From positions 1 to 38,477 of the forward strand of contig JAFOWI010000228.1 in the NCBI GenBank assembly GCA_017425985.1: a stretch of DNA of 38,477 nucleotides. Reading direction: 5' to 3'. The position numbers and the translations under genes are program-made. The DNA comes from Bacteroidaceae bacterium. Its GTDB lineage: Bacteria; Bacteroidota; Bacteroidia; Bacteroidales; Bacteroidaceae. Below, in pieces: positions 26,824 to 37,151 of the stretch. Each line of letters begins with the position of its first letter. Position 1 is the stretch's first letter. Under the pieces are notes generated by a model that was not told the DNA's origin, did no database searches, and saw only the letters and a program-made list of their open reading frames with translations.

Positions 26824-28233
26824 TTATCTTGAAACTTCCAGGCGTCCTACTCCGTTAATATTGGTAGCTTCGACTTCCAAACCCTTTGTAGCAACGGCGG
26901 TGTTACAATCAATGGCATAAATTGCGGGATAACCCGTTGCGGTGGTAATTGTAATATAAACTTTGTTGCCTTCAACGTAAGTTGTCTTGCCGAAACTGGT
27001 AATATCTTCGGGGGCAGGAAGACCCGTTACGTAGGTAAGCGTTTGGGTGTCGGCATTAAATAGGGCTAACTGATTTGCAATGAATCCCTTTTCGGTTAAC
27101 GGGCGGTCGTACATGAGAAGTAAGAAGTTGTTTCCCCCTGCGTGCCAACTGTTCATGAAGGATTTTCCGCCCGAGAGGACTTCGAGGTTGATATAATAGT
27201 CGGGGTCGAATTCCTCCGTGCCGTTCTTGATGCGCACAACACCAGCAGGGAGCGAGGTACGCTGACGTGCGTCCGCCATTGTCTTGGCATAGGAGGGCGA
27301 GAACACATAAATATCACCGCTCTCGGCACGCCAAATCATTTGGTAATATTGCGATTTGTTGCGCCCGCAGGCATAGCTGATGCGTTCGTCTTTAATGAGT
27401 TTCTTGGTCAGCAAGTGTTCATCAGCAAAGATAGCAACCCAACATTCATCGGGATATTGTGTCCACTGAAGTTCATCCTTTTTATAAGCACTCGAATTGC
27501 TGCCCCCTGCCTCGGTCTTTACGAGGTCGGGATACTTTACAAATTTTCCACCATCGCGCTTTGTGCCATACTGGCTAAGCCCCATTGGCACTGCAGCGGT
27601 GAATAATTTGCCGTCGCGCTCTTCTATTCCCGACAAGGTGACATATTCACCGTTGCCCAAGAAGTTTTCGGAAATGTAGACGGTATTTTCGGTGTCGTTC
27701 GTAGTGTAAGTTTCGCGCTCTGTATCGAGATACGTCACCAAGAACGCCTTGGGGGTGTACCCATTCTCATCGTTCATTGCCGTAGGTCCGTCACCCGTTG
27801 CAAAGGTCATGACATAACGCCCAAAAGTGCCGTAAGTGGTGTAGCGACGCGTGGAATATTCTGCAGGGCGTGCCTCAATTTGTCCCCAATCATTGAGCAT
27901 GTAGGAACGGGTCGTGGCATTATTTCCCTGGTTGTAGTTAAGGGCATACAAATAGCGGTTGGAGTGGAACACCCATTGCGAAGCGCCATCGTTTACAAGT
28001 CCGTTGCCCATAGCAGAAATGCGTCCTTCGTCGAGGGTTTGAGAGGTGAGTAACACGGGGACCGACCCGTTTGACCCTGTTACCGTTGCCGCAATGACAT
28101 AAGTGCTTTGCGGAGCATCGGGGTTGGCGTCAGGGGTGGGAGACTCGGACATGGAATCGTCGTTGGAGCAAGAAAGGGTGAGCGCAAGCAAAAGGGTGCC
28201 TGCTGAAAGTGATTTTAGAAACTGTAAGTACAT
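26824..28233 (-). CDS. DUF4374 family lipoprotein
   Basis: Lipobox TLSC followed by SNDD; [36 protein letters not shown]. Lies between a TonB receptor and PepSY. Confidence 0.85.
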   Translation of the reverse strand: MYLQFLKSLSAGTLLLALTLSCSNDDSMSESPTPDANPDAPQSTYVIAATVTGSNGSVPVLLTSQTLDEGRISAMGNGLVNDGASQWVFHSNRYLYALNYNQGNNATTRSYMLNDWGQIEARPAEYSTRRYTTYGTFGRYVMTFATGDGPTAMNDENGYTPKAFLVTYLDTERETYTTNDTENTVYISENFLGNGEYVTLSGIEERDGKLFTAAVPMGLSQYGTKRDGGKFVKYPDLVKTEAGGSNSSAYKKDELQWTQYPDECWVAIFADEHLLTKKLIKDERISYACGRNKSQYYQMIWRAESGDIYVFSPSYAKTMADARQRTSLPAGVVRIKNGTEEFDPDYYINLEVLSGGKSFMNSWHAGGNNFLLLMYDRPLTEKGFIANQLALFNADTQTLTYVTGLPAPEDITSFGKTTYVEGNKVYITITTATGYPAIYAIDCNTAVATKGLEVEATNINGVGRLEVSR

Positions 28234-28284
28234 ATTTTTTTGGATTTAATAGGTGTTGGCGTGTAAAAAGTGAGAGGAAGAATT

Positions 28285-28389
28285 TGTGCTTCCCGAGGTG
28301 CTGAAAAATATATGGGAGGTGCTGAAAACTAATTCGGACTTATTTCAAATTAAGTCCGAGATAGTTTTAATTAAGTCCGACTTTGTTTT
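28285..28389. repeat. 21-bp-period degenerate array (5 units) between the TonB receptor and DUF4374 genes
   Basis: GAGGTGCTGAAAA x2 and AATTAAGTCCGA x2 at 21-bp spacing; shares TCGGACTTATTT with the array at 37054. Confidence 0.75.
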
Positions 28390-28401
28390 GCGGGGTTCCC
28401 A

Positions 28402-30603
28402 CTACTTTTTACCTTGCAGAAATATGCGCAGTTTTGCATAGATCGCGCGCCCGGGTTTCTGGAGACTAAAGTTGTCGTAAAGGCGGGCGTCGGTAAGGTT
28501 GCGGCATTCCAGCGCAAGGTTGTAGCGCCCATCGCGGAGCGCAAGGGCGAGGGCGACGTGGTGTGCCCATTGTGTGGGAACAATGTAGTCATTATTGTTC
28601 GCCCCAATGCGAGAGGCGTAATAACTGAAGGCATGTGTGTATTGCGCTTCGTAGGTCAGCGACAACTTGTTGCCTTTTCCGCAGAAGTTTTGCCAATTTA
28701 CGGTAGCGTCGAAGTCGGCAAATTGGTAGGGAAGGTTAGGCATACGGTCTTTGTAGAGCAAGTTGGCCACCGAGGTGCCCATCATGGTGAGCATATTGTC
28801 GCGCGCGTCCATCTGTGTGAGGTGTCCGCCGATGTTTATGAGGTCGGCGTACTGGTAGCGCACGGAGAGGTTCATCCCCTTGGTCAACACTTTTCCATAG
28901 TTGACATACGAGGCCGCTTGCTTCCCACCCGAGAGCGAAATGATGTTGCGCTGAATGTAGTCTCTGGTATCGCGTACGATGAATCCCAGTTCGGCAAACA
29001 AGTCGTGGTGCTTTGTGTGCACATTATATATAAATGAGAGGTTGCCGTTGTGGCTCAATTCGGGGCGAATCTCAATGGCGCCCTGCTCCAAGTCTTCATC
29101 GCCAAAGAGTTCCTCAATCGTGGGGAGGCGCAAGGCTTTCTCGTAAGAAGCTTTCACGCTTAATCCTTTCAAGGGTAGGTTGTAAGCCACCGCGGTGCCG
29201 TATCCCCAATGCTGATGAGAGCGCTCGGCCTTCGTGAAGCTCGTGGCGTTGACATCCGTAGCCACTGGGCCTTGCGCACGTACGGAATAGAATTTCCCGA
29301 ATGCCGAAAGCGTCAGCTTCTTTGAGGGTGTCCACACATAGGAAAGGCCGGAGATTTGCTTCGTAGTGCGCTTCTTAATAGCGTCCTTCTGTTCCACCTT
29401 CGCAAGCAGGGAAGTGTTAGCGCGCTCAAAGGCATTGTAGGTGTGACTCAAGGTAAAGGTGTGAGCGCGGCTGAGGGTGTAATCCACCTTTGCCGTGACA
29501 TTCAGATTGTGATTTTCAGCGCGTGAGTGGAGTAAGGATTGCTCGCCCGGAGAATTGAGCGGTTTTGTTTCGCCCCGCCAATTGTACTTCACCTGTGCCG
29601 TGTCGACATTCGTGCGTTCGTTCTTGTTGTAATTCAGTGTGAGTGAGGCGTCAAGATTGTCCACAAAAAAGTTGCGCTTCCGCCATTGCAACGAGGGCAT
29701 TAAGGAATGGCCGTGGCGATGTTTCTCGCCGTACACCGTTTCTTGGCGCACGCCCGTCTGAATCTCCTTATACTCCTGCGCATAACTCAAACCGAGCATC
29801 AAACGGTCCGCCCACGGACGCCCCACCCAACCTATTTTTGCGCTGAGTACCTCATTGTGATAAGTGTCGTTGAAGCGCTTCATGCGCTGTAAGTTGGAGC
29901 GGTCGATACGTCCCGTTTGGAAATCCTCAACAGGCACATCCACCTGGTAGTCATTGTCGGAGTAGTTCTGGTACGCCGTAAATTCATACGTAAATCCGTT
30001 GTCAAAGGAGTGCGAAAAGGCGGCGTGTGTGCGGTGTGTGTTAAACGAACCATAGGAATAGGAAGCGTCGAGTTGCCATCCCCTGGGGCGCTTGCCGGTG
30101 ACGATGTTTACCACTCCGCCCAGGGCGTCTGTGCCAAATCCTACGGGCACAACGCCGCGAAAGACTTCAATGCGTTCGGCAAATCCTGCGGGAATATTTC
30201 CGATGGAAAAGGAACTGCCCACGCCTTCTTGAGGAACACCATCTACAAATATCTTTACGTGCTTGCTTCCAAAGCCGTCAATCATCAACTGTAGGTCAGA
30301 ACCCACTCCACCCCCTTCGCGAAGCTTCACCCCAGGGGCTTTTGTGAGCGCATCGGCTATGGATTTTGTGCTTCCCTTCAAGGGGCGAAGGTCAAGGCTT
30401 ACGGCATTGAGCGCCACTTGTGATGGGGCTTTTATCCCTGTGCCAACAACCACGGCTTCGCTCAAATGAGTGTCGGCGTGAGTCAGTGTGTCGGCGAGAA
30501 GGGGTTCGATGTTGTCTGCTTCTTCATGAAGGTGTGCAGCTTGAGATGTAGTGAAGCCCCAAATGAGGAGCGTCAGCAGCACGTTAAGGCGAGTGAAGTT
30601 CAT
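28402..30603 (-). CDS. TonB-dependent receptor (probable iron/siderophore or heme-type)
   Basis: Plug motifs PGV..R..GGVGS, FVDGVP, ERIEVFRGVVP...G.DALGG.VNIVT; C-terminal N.TD..LYDNF.LQKPGR. Confidence 0.92.
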   Translation of the reverse strand: MNFTRLNVLLTLLIWGFTTSQAAHLHEEADNIEPLLADTLTHADTHLSEAVVVGTGIKAPSQVALNAVSLDLRPLKGSTKSIADALTKAPGVKLREGGGVGSDLQLMIDGFGSKHVKIFVDGVPQEGVGSSFSIGNIPAGFAERIEVFRGVVPVGFGTDALGGVVNIVTGKRPRGWQLDASYSYGSFNTHRTHAAFSHSFDNGFTYEFTAYQNYSDNDYQVDVPVEDFQTGRIDRSNLQRMKRFNDTYHNEVLSAKIGWVGRPWADRLMLGLSYAQEYKEIQTGVRQETVYGEKHRHGHSLMPSLQWRKRNFFVDNLDASLTLNYNKNERTNVDTAQVKYNWRGETKPLNSPGEQSLLHSRAENHNLNVTAKVDYTLSRAHTFTLSHTYNAFERANTSLLAKVEQKDAIKKRTTKQISGLSYVWTPSKKLTLSAFGKFYSVRAQGPVATDVNATSFTKAERSHQHWGYGTAVAYNLPLKGLSVKASYEKALRLPTIEELFGDEDLEQGAIEIRPELSHNGNLSFIYNVHTKHHDLFAELGFIVRDTRDYIQRNIISLSGGKQAASYVNYGKVLTKGMNLSVRYQYADLINIGGHLTQMDARDNMLTMMGTSVANLLYKDRMPNLPYQFADFDATVNWQNFCGKGNKLSLTYEAQYTHAFSYYASRIGANNNDYIVPTQWAHHVALALALRDGRYNLALECRNLTDARLYDNFSLQKPGRAIYAKLRIFLQGKK

Positions 30604-30710
30604 AAGCGTAGTAGTTTTGCGTGTTGAGGAAATAACTTTTCATTTCAGGCTAACGCTTGAACATAAGTTTGTTAGAGAAGATGCAAAAAGTTTATTTCCA
30701 AATTCGGATG

Positions 30711-30718
30711 CAAAATTA
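30711..30718 (-). promoter_or_regulatory. Candidate -7 promoter element for the TonB receptor operon
   Basis: Minus strand TAATTTTG followed by CA, about 107 bp upstream of the ATG. Confidence 0.5.
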
Positions 30719-30871
30719 CGTAACAATTCATAGCCTTACAATCGCTAAAAGTAGGTATTTTGAAGGGCGAAAATCTGGAGTGCGCTCACTATATTTAGTG
30801 AGTTGTAAACCAGCAACAGAGTTATTTTTTTCGACAACACTTCTAATTTTCAGACTGATACTTATAATTTT

Positions 30872-31237
30872 GAGGGTGTGTCAAAACTGGCACACCCTCA
30901 AAATTTATTTTTATTTATATCACAAAGTCCCGACTTTCACAAGCCAGGACTTTGCTATTACCTAAAATATTTGTAACTTTAGGCATAATTATCTAAACAT
31001 GACAAAGTTACATTTTCGTCCTTACATACCCAACCAATTGGTACTTTTTCCTCAACGAATTGATGAGAATATTGCAGACAATGATCCTGTCCGCATCATC
31101 AGTGCGATAGTTGATAATCTAAATCTTGACTCCTTTCATAAGTTATACAAGGAGTCAGGTCGTTGTCCCTATCACCCCAAGATGATGCTCAAGGTTATTC
31201 TATATGCCTGAGGGTGTGCCAGTTTTGACACACCCTC
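30872..31237 (+). mobile_element. Miniature, deleted IS1182-family element bounded by perfect 28-bp inverted repeats
   Basis: GAGGGTGTGTCAAAACTGGCACACCCTC (30872-30899) and its exact reverse complement (31210-31237) enclose a transposase N-terminal fragment. Confidence 0.8.
30999..31211 (+). pseudogene. Truncated IS1182-family transposase (DUF772-type N-terminus)
   Basis: FRPY.PNQ..LFP..I...I...DPVR....IVD.L.L....GR..YHP.MMLKVILYA. The stop TGA overlaps the first bases of the hairpin. Confidence 0.88.
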
Positions 31238-31273
31238 TTATATATAAAAGATATACTAAAATGCACTAAATTG

Positions 31274-32446
31274 TTAATCCTTCTTCATAACAGCTTCTGC
31301 CAAAGCTTCCAAAGCTTTAACATCTTCTGCCTTCACGGCACCTCTAATAGTGACTTTAGGCTCTACAATATCAATATTCTTCATCTGCGAGAGCATATCG
31401 TGCATCACGCGAGCCGCACAAGGCGCCCACGAACCGTTTTCGACAATGCCCACTCTACGATTTTGGTAGCTCTTAATCTTAAGATGGTGGAGAAAATCGT
31501 GCATGGGCGGAAACACACTTGCGTCGTAGCTTGCAGCACACACCACCATGTGGCTGTACTTGAAGGCATCCTCAACCGCCTCTGCCATGTCGTCGCGCGA
31601 GAGGTCCGCCACCGCCACTTTCTTAGCCCCCTTCTGACGCAGGATTTCAGCCAACTGCTGTGCAGCCACGGCTGTGTTGCCATGAATCGAGGCGTAGGCA
31701 ACGAATATGCCTTCCACCTCGGGAGCATAGCGGCTCCAGGTGTCATAAAGTCCGATGTAGTAGCCCAAATTTTCCTTCAACACAGGACCATGCAAGGGGC
31801 AAATCGTTTGAATGTCGAGCGTAGCCGCCTTCTTGAGCAATGCCTGCACCTGAGCACCATACTTACCGCAAATATTGAAGTAGTAACGACGCGCTTCGCA
31901 AGCCCACTCGTCCTCGTGCGCAAGGGCGCCAAACTTTCCGAAGCCGTCTGCCGAGAAGAGCACGCGCTCCTTTGCATCGTACGTCACCATCACTTCGGGC
32001 CAGTGCACCATCGGCGCATGGAAGAACTGCAAAGTTCTGCCACCCAGCGACAAAGTATCGCCCTCCTCGACAGCAATGCAACGTGGAGCAAGGTCCACTT
32101 TGTCGAAGAACAAGGGAAGCATCGTTATCGCCTTGGGGGTTGCTACAATCTGAAGGTTTGGGAAACGCTCCGCCACTTCAGCGATGAGTCCGGCGTGGTC
32201 GGGTTCCATGTGTTGCACGATGAGATAATCGGGCTGTTTTCCGCCCAATACTTCCTGAAGATTCGCCCACCACTCAGCCGCCTTACGACGGTCAACCGTG
32301 TCGAGAATTGCAATTTTCTCGTCGAAGATAACATAGGAGTTGTAGGAAATTCCGTCGGGCACAATGTATTGGCTCTCGAACAAGTCGATATCCGTATCGT
32401 CAACGCCGATATATTTAATAGTGTTTGAGATTTTAAGGTCTGTCAT
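31274..32446 (-). CDS. fprA: FprA-family A-type flavodiiron protein
   Basis: FESQY.VP.G.SYNSY, HMEPDH, PMVHWPE, LFSADGFG, PLHGP, flavodoxin YASIHGNT. Confidence 0.93.
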   Translation of the reverse strand: MTDLKISNTIKYIGVDDTDIDLFESQYIVPDGISYNSYVIFDEKIAILDTVDRRKAAEWWANLQEVLGGKQPDYLIVQHMEPDHAGLIAEVAERFPNLQIVATPKAITMLPLFFDKVDLAPRCIAVEEGDTLSLGGRTLQFFHAPMVHWPEVMVTYDAKERVLFSADGFGKFGALAHEDEWACEARRYYFNICGKYGAQVQALLKKAATLDIQTICPLHGPVLKENLGYYIGLYDTWSRYAPEVEGIFVAYASIHGNTAVAAQQLAEILRQKGAKKVAVADLSRDDMAEAVEDAFKYSHMVVCAASYDASVFPPMHDFLHHLKIKSYQNRRVGIVENGSWAPCAARVMHDMLSQMKNIDIVEPKVTIRGAVKAEDVKALEALAEAVMKKD

Positions 32447-32582
32447 AATTAAAGTCGAGTTTAGTAAATAATTTAAGGTTTCAAAAATGAATCTTACTTC
32501 GCGTCAATTCGTTCTTCAGTATGCAAATTTAAGGAAAAATCTGAAACTTATCAACACAAATACCCACTTTTACGCACGAAAC

Positions 32583-32625
32583 AACAATCTCCCCTGCCCG
32601 ATAAGTTTGGACAAGGGAGATTGTT
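32583..32625 (-). terminator. Intrinsic terminator downstream of the GH84 gene
   Basis: AACAATCTCCC...GGGAGATTGTT stem. Confidence 0.75.
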
Positions 32626-32637
32626 TATTTTTTTGCG

Positions 32638-35600
32638 TTACTTAATTTTCAACTGTCCGTCTTCGATGTAAAGACCGCGTTCAGGAACTTGCTTTAATGG
32701 GCGTCCCATTAAATCGTAAAGGGGATATGCCCCTGTTTTTGCGGGCATCGTCACACCATCAATTGACGAAGGCAGCTCGCCAAACACCTTTAACATAAAA
32801 GCAGCGTATGCCTCGCGCAGAGCAGTCAACTGCTCAGCAGTAGCCTCCGAGGGCATGGGTTGCATCGCTGCCTTAAGCGCATCGGCTTCAGCCTGCGCCT
32901 GCTCAATCACCCAATACTGCTGCATGTTGTAGAGTTGCAATTCGCCGATGTGGAAGTAACCGCGCGAATTGCCCGCATCGCCAGTAGTTTTCAACTCAAC
33001 CAACTGCACAGCCTTTGTCGTAGCAGGCAGCGCGAAGCGACGAACGAGCGTTTCCGTGCTACTTGCATAAGGCAAGTCGAGGTCAGCAACATCTACCACC
33101 GATTCATCGGCAAGGACAGCCTTAATACGCGCCTTTACAAGGTGGTCGGCTGTAGCATCACTGCGTCGACCGAAGCTCAGGTAAGCACCTGTCACAGGGA
33201 CATCGGGCAAAGCTATCTGAATATAGTGGAGTCCATCGGCTACACTGCCGCCCTTCCATGTTGAATGCCAGAAAGTAGCCAGATTGCCGTCGAGCAGATT
33301 ATTGATAGAGCCTTCAGCCGTTTCCGTATAGGGCGAAGAGAACTGTGTGCTTGAAGTAACAAGTTTTTCGCCCATGCCGCAAGAATCCAATGCCGCATAT
33401 CCTAACGCCTTGAACTGAGCAAATTCTTCAGCCAAAGCAGTTCCTTCCAAAGGCAGGCTCGACTTCGCCTTGTTCCACGCAGGCACCACTTCGTAAATGC
33501 GCGGAGGCTGAGCGCCCTCCCAAGCTATCGTATAAGAGGTTGCACCATCGTCGAGCTCCACCACCTGAACGCCGTCCTCGCCATAGATAGCGAGCGACTC
33601 AGCTGCATGGTGGTTGTAGAAACGATAGGTAATGGGACTCTTAGCAGTTTCGGGAATGCACGTAAGTGCCGAACCGTCGAGCAATTCGTCGATTGCCATG
33701 CCCGTAGCATCCTCGCATGTGGGGATTGACACACTCTTGATATACTGCTTGTTGACTTCGATTTCGCACAAGCGCATCCACTTCGAAGTATTAGCTTCGG
33801 TGATGCGCACACGTACGTAGCGCGCTTTTTTCTGTGCACCATTGAAGTCGCAATAAACGGCATTGTCGCCCACAGGCACATTCTGAGCCGCAGAGATAGT
33901 CCAGTCCGAAGCCGAAGCGCCCTTGATTCGAAGCGCAGTCCAGCTCTTGCCGTTAGCAGAATACTGCACGCGCGCTTTTGTGGGGTGGTCGCCATTCGTA
34001 GTGCCGAACACAACACGCACATCCTGGAGCACCACCGTCTCACCGAGGTCAACCACATAATCATCACTGGTTCGCTGATTGCGATTGAGGCTCATCCAGG
34101 TGTTATAATCACCGTCGATAATCAGATTTGCACCGTGGTCTTCATAAATTGCACCTTCGGGAACCGTTACTCCAGCAGGAACAACCGCCTTCGGAAAGGC
34201 TACGACCAACGAAGTCGCACCAAGTTCGAAGTTGCGAATACCTGCCTCAGTATTGTTGCGCACAACGATGTACTTAATCGTATCAGCCAACGCCGAAGCC
34301 ACATCAGCCATCGCCTTCCACTGCTTGCCATCCGTACTTGTCTGCACAAGCGGAATCAACGCTTCGTCAATCTGGAGGTCGGAGAGCAAGGTGGGCTGAG
34401 GAAGTTCGATGCCCACCCATTTATCAACGTCCAAATCTGCCGCTGGCATGGTCAAAGCCGCCATACCGTTGTCGAGCAACTTGACTTCGGGCTTGAGCAA
34501 GAGCGAATTTGAAATAGCCTTGGGCTGATTAGCGGCTGCCTGATTTTCAAAATAGCCGTCCGTCACCTTAGCAAAGAGGTAGTCAACAAAGGGAGCCATG
34601 AAGCGCTGGCTGAGCTGCGCCTGACGATAGCTCACGCTGATGCCGTTACCCATACCTTCGAGAGCATAAGCCGTGTAGAGCGTACTTGTTTTCAGGGCAT
34701 TGATGCTGTCCACCACTTCTTTCACATCCAACCACTTATCAGCCTGGCTGGCATCGGAACTTGCGAGGTTGAGCATTTTCTGCACAATCTTGGCGCGCGT
34801 GTTCAGCGTATAGAGCCAAGGCGCCAAGTCCTGGAAGAGCAGACGGTCGGCCTCGATTTCCGAATCCTTCAGCGTCATCACTTTCAGGCAGTTTTGCTCA
34901 ATCTGAGCAAAGAGTTGCAAGAGCGCATCGGGCTTGGGAGTGCCGTTTTGGAGCGACTCCTTGTAGGTTTCGATGGTTGTATTCAAACCGTCGGGCTCGT
35001 TCCAGCGCAGGTAGTACGTAAGGTATTTATAGGCCTCGCGCATATCCTTATCTGCAAACAGGCTCTTGATGCTGGCATTCCAACTTTCCTTGTTGTCGAA
35101 CTCAGAGTTATTCCACGAATAATCGGCGATAGAGAAAAGCGAAGTCTTCGACACCTCACCCTGCTGCATGGGATTTGCCACAATGCCCTGGCAGCTCTTA
35201 AGGTTTTCGGGCATGCGTGCACCGCCGTCAACCGACGGGAGGTCGTGGAAGTTGCTATACATGTCCTGGAGGTAGATTTGTCCGTCGGCATTGTCGTTAC
35301 AAGGATAGTTCCACCACCAACCCATGGGTCGGCCAAACTCACTCATAATGGTCTGCGTGTGGTCGTTGTTGGGCACGGACCATACGCCCTGACCTGTTGA
35401 GTAAACCGTAATGTAGTCGGGCACAGCCTGGAGCGCCTTCATGAAGCGCTGACGCTGGTCAACCGAACTTGCAAAGCTGTTGCAATAAATCTGGGGCACA
35501 AAGTGGAGCGGACGCACGGTGTCGGCAGCTGCAGCTCCGGCATAGTTCCACTTCTTTTCGATGGCGCGCTGCAACTCTGTGAGGCGCTGCGCATTGAGCT

Positions 35601-36546
35601 TCATGTCGGCATCCGACGAAGGGATGCTCACGTCATCGACAAACACACCGAAGTGGCGCACACCGAGCGCATGCATCTTCTCAAACTTGCTCATCACGTC
35701 GCTCACCACGGTCGAACTTCCGAGGAACTCATTACCGGGGTGGATTGCCCAGATAAAGTTTACCTTCGTCAGGCGGCTCACTTCAGCAATTTCGCTCACC
35801 ATGTCCTGCGTGAGCCATCCGTTCTTCTCCTGCTCAGCGCTGATTGTTGCGGGATAAGCGTCGCGCCACAGCTGAGAGTGGTAGGGGTCGCTCTTCGCAC
35901 CATACATGTAGGTGTTCATCTTGTAGCGCATCATGTAGCGCATTAAGTCCTTCTTCACCGAAACGCTGTAGGGATAGCCATAATATCCCTCAACGAGTCC
36001 ACGACTCTCCTGGTCGGCATAGTCGTATATGGTAGTAAACGGAAGTGCGCCCTCAGTAGTCTGCTCCAACATTTGCTCAATAGAGGCAAGTCCCATGAAC
36101 ACAGCATTCGTGTGCTCGCCGAGCACCACGACACCCTTAGCCGAAACATCGATGGCGTGGCGGTCGTACTTGCCGTTTGCCATGAGTTTCTTAGTGCTGA
36201 GCTGAAGTTGCTCCTCAGCCAAGGCGGCTACGGCTTCGCCCGAGTTGACCGTGCCGAGGAAAACGGTCGCATCGCCGTTGCCCACACCCGTAGCGGCAAA
36301 GGTTTCGGCCGACAATTCGGTCACGCTGCAACCCCTCTGCTGAAGCAAGGCTGCGATACGCATCTTTGTGATATCGTCAATCGTACTTTCGCTCACGACA
36401 TTGACATTGCTCGTAAGCGCAAGGCTACCGGCATTCATCTTCACCGCCTGCGGAACGGGATAAATCGTGTAGCTTTGAGCTGCAGCGCCAAGCGACATGA
36501 GCGCCAAGGCAATGCTGCAAAACACATGTTTAGGTTGGTAGTTCAT
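32638..36546 (-). CDS. GH84 beta-N-acetylglucosaminidase (O-GlcNAcase/hyaluronidase-like) with F5/8C (CBM32-like) domains and T9SS C-terminal signal
   Basis: IYPVPQ N-domain, RG.VEGYYG.P, Y.YG.K.DPYH, AIHPG, catalytic VDD, WWNYP.ND, NPM.Q; discoidin motifs (DG...T.W, VDLG, ARYVR); YDL.GR...G.YI..G.K tail. Start may be 36546 or 36573. Confidence 0.9.
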   Translation of the reverse strand: MNYQPKHVFCSIALALMSLGAAAQSYTIYPVPQAVKMNAGSLALTSNVNVVSESTIDDITKMRIAALLQQRGCSVTELSAETFAATGVGNGDATVFLGTVNSGEAVAALAEEQLQLSTKKLMANGKYDRHAIDVSAKGVVVLGEHTNAVFMGLASIEQMLEQTTEGALPFTTIYDYADQESRGLVEGYYGYPYSVSVKKDLMRYMMRYKMNTYMYGAKSDPYHSQLWRDAYPATISAEQEKNGWLTQDMVSEIAEVSRLTKVNFIWAIHPGNEFLGSSTVVSDVMSKFEKMHALGVRHFGVFVDDVSIPSSDADMKLNAQRLTELQRAIEKKWNYAGAAAADTVRPLHFVPQIYCNSFASSVDQRQRFMKALQAVPDYITVYSTGQGVWSVPNNDHTQTIMSEFGRPMGWWWNYPCNDNADGQIYLQDMYSNFHDLPSVDGGARMPENLKSCQGIVANPMQQGEVSKTSLFSIADYSWNNSEFDNKESWNASIKSLFADKDMREAYKYLTYYLRWNEPDGLNTTIETYKESLQNGTPKPDALLQLFAQIEQNCLKVMTLKDSEIEADRLLFQDLAPWLYTLNTRAKIVQKMLNLASSDASQADKWLDVKEVVDSINALKTSTLYTAYALEGMGNGISVSYRQAQLSQRFMAPFVDYLFAKVTDGYFENQAAANQPKAISNSLLLKPEVKLLDNGMAALTMPAADLDVDKWVGIELPQPTLLSDLQIDEALIPLVQTSTDGKQWKAMADVASALADTIKYIVVRNNTEAGIRNFELGATSLVVAFPKAVVPAGVTVPEGAIYEDHGANLIIDGDYNTWMSLNRNQRTSDDYVVDLGETVVLQDVRVVFGTTNGDHPTKARVQYSANGKSWTALRIKGASASDWTISAAQNVPVGDNAVYCDFNGAQKKARYVRVRITEANTSKWMRLCEIEVNKQYIKSVSIPTCEDATGMAIDELLDGSALTCIPETAKSPITYRFYNHHAAESLAIYGEDGVQVVELDDGATSYTIAWEGAQPPRIYEVVPAWNKAKSSLPLEGTALAEEFAQFKALGYAALDSCGMGEKLVTSSTQFSSPYTETAEGSINNLLDGNLATFWHSTWKGGSVADGLHYIQIALPDVPVTGAYLSFGRRSDATADHLVKARIKAVLADESVVDVADLDLPYASSTETLVRRFALPATTKAVQLVELKTTGDAGNSRGYFHIGELQLYNMQQYWVIEQAQAEADALKAAMQPMPSEATAEQLTALREAYAAFMLKVFGELPSSIDGVTMPAKTGAYPLYDLMGRPLKQVPERGLYIEDGQLKIK

Positions 36547-37053
36547 AAATTTATTGTAGTTAAAATTTCTCAAATCTGAGCAAGCAAGGTCCTACGAAAG
36601 TTGGCGCAACACGTTCGTCGCCCCGGGCGGAAAAAGGCAAAGCGCTCTTACAACGATGCTTACACATAGCAGCACCTGACTCTGCGTTTGGCGCAACAAC
36701 AAGAGTCATCGGAGCTTAATATCCTACAAATCTACAACTTTAATTTTGTTTGCAACAAACTTAACCCGCAAAAAACTCACGGCAACCCCACGTTTTTTTA
36801 GCAACCTCCTTGCCAACCGACACACTACGCAAATTCAGCATGCACAAAACGGGCGAAAACAAACTTTTTCTAACCAAAAAAATTGCCCTTGATTTGACTC
36901 TTTGCAGCGGTCGCAGAAGAAGTGCGTGCCAAGAAAAAAATTAACATTTAAATGTTAAAATCGCTTTTTCAAAAAAATTTTCTTTTTAACATAAATTGCA
37001 ATATAGAAATAGCAAAATCAAAACATTGAATTTTAAAAACGGCTCCAAATTTC

Positions 37054-37137
37054 ACAACATCGGAGCTTCGAAAAACAACATCGGACTTATTTTTAACAAC
37101 ATCGGACCTTGTTTTAACAACCTTTGAGCTTGTTTTT
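37054..37137. repeat. 21-bp-period tandem array (4 units, ACAACATCGGA core)
   Basis: Units start at 37054, 37075, 37096, 37117. Confidence 0.88.
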
Positions 37138-37151
37138 AACGATTTTAGGCC

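Noticed and set aside
30604-30760. Cobalamin riboswitch or Fur box upstream of the TonB receptor
   Set aside because: No B12-box motif recognised; the AT-rich sequence gives no convincing Fur box.
31271-32428. 385-aa + strand ORF (likewise 4724-5836, 7893-8858, 19462-20229)
   Set aside because: Antisense shadows of well-supported genes, explained by codon bias.
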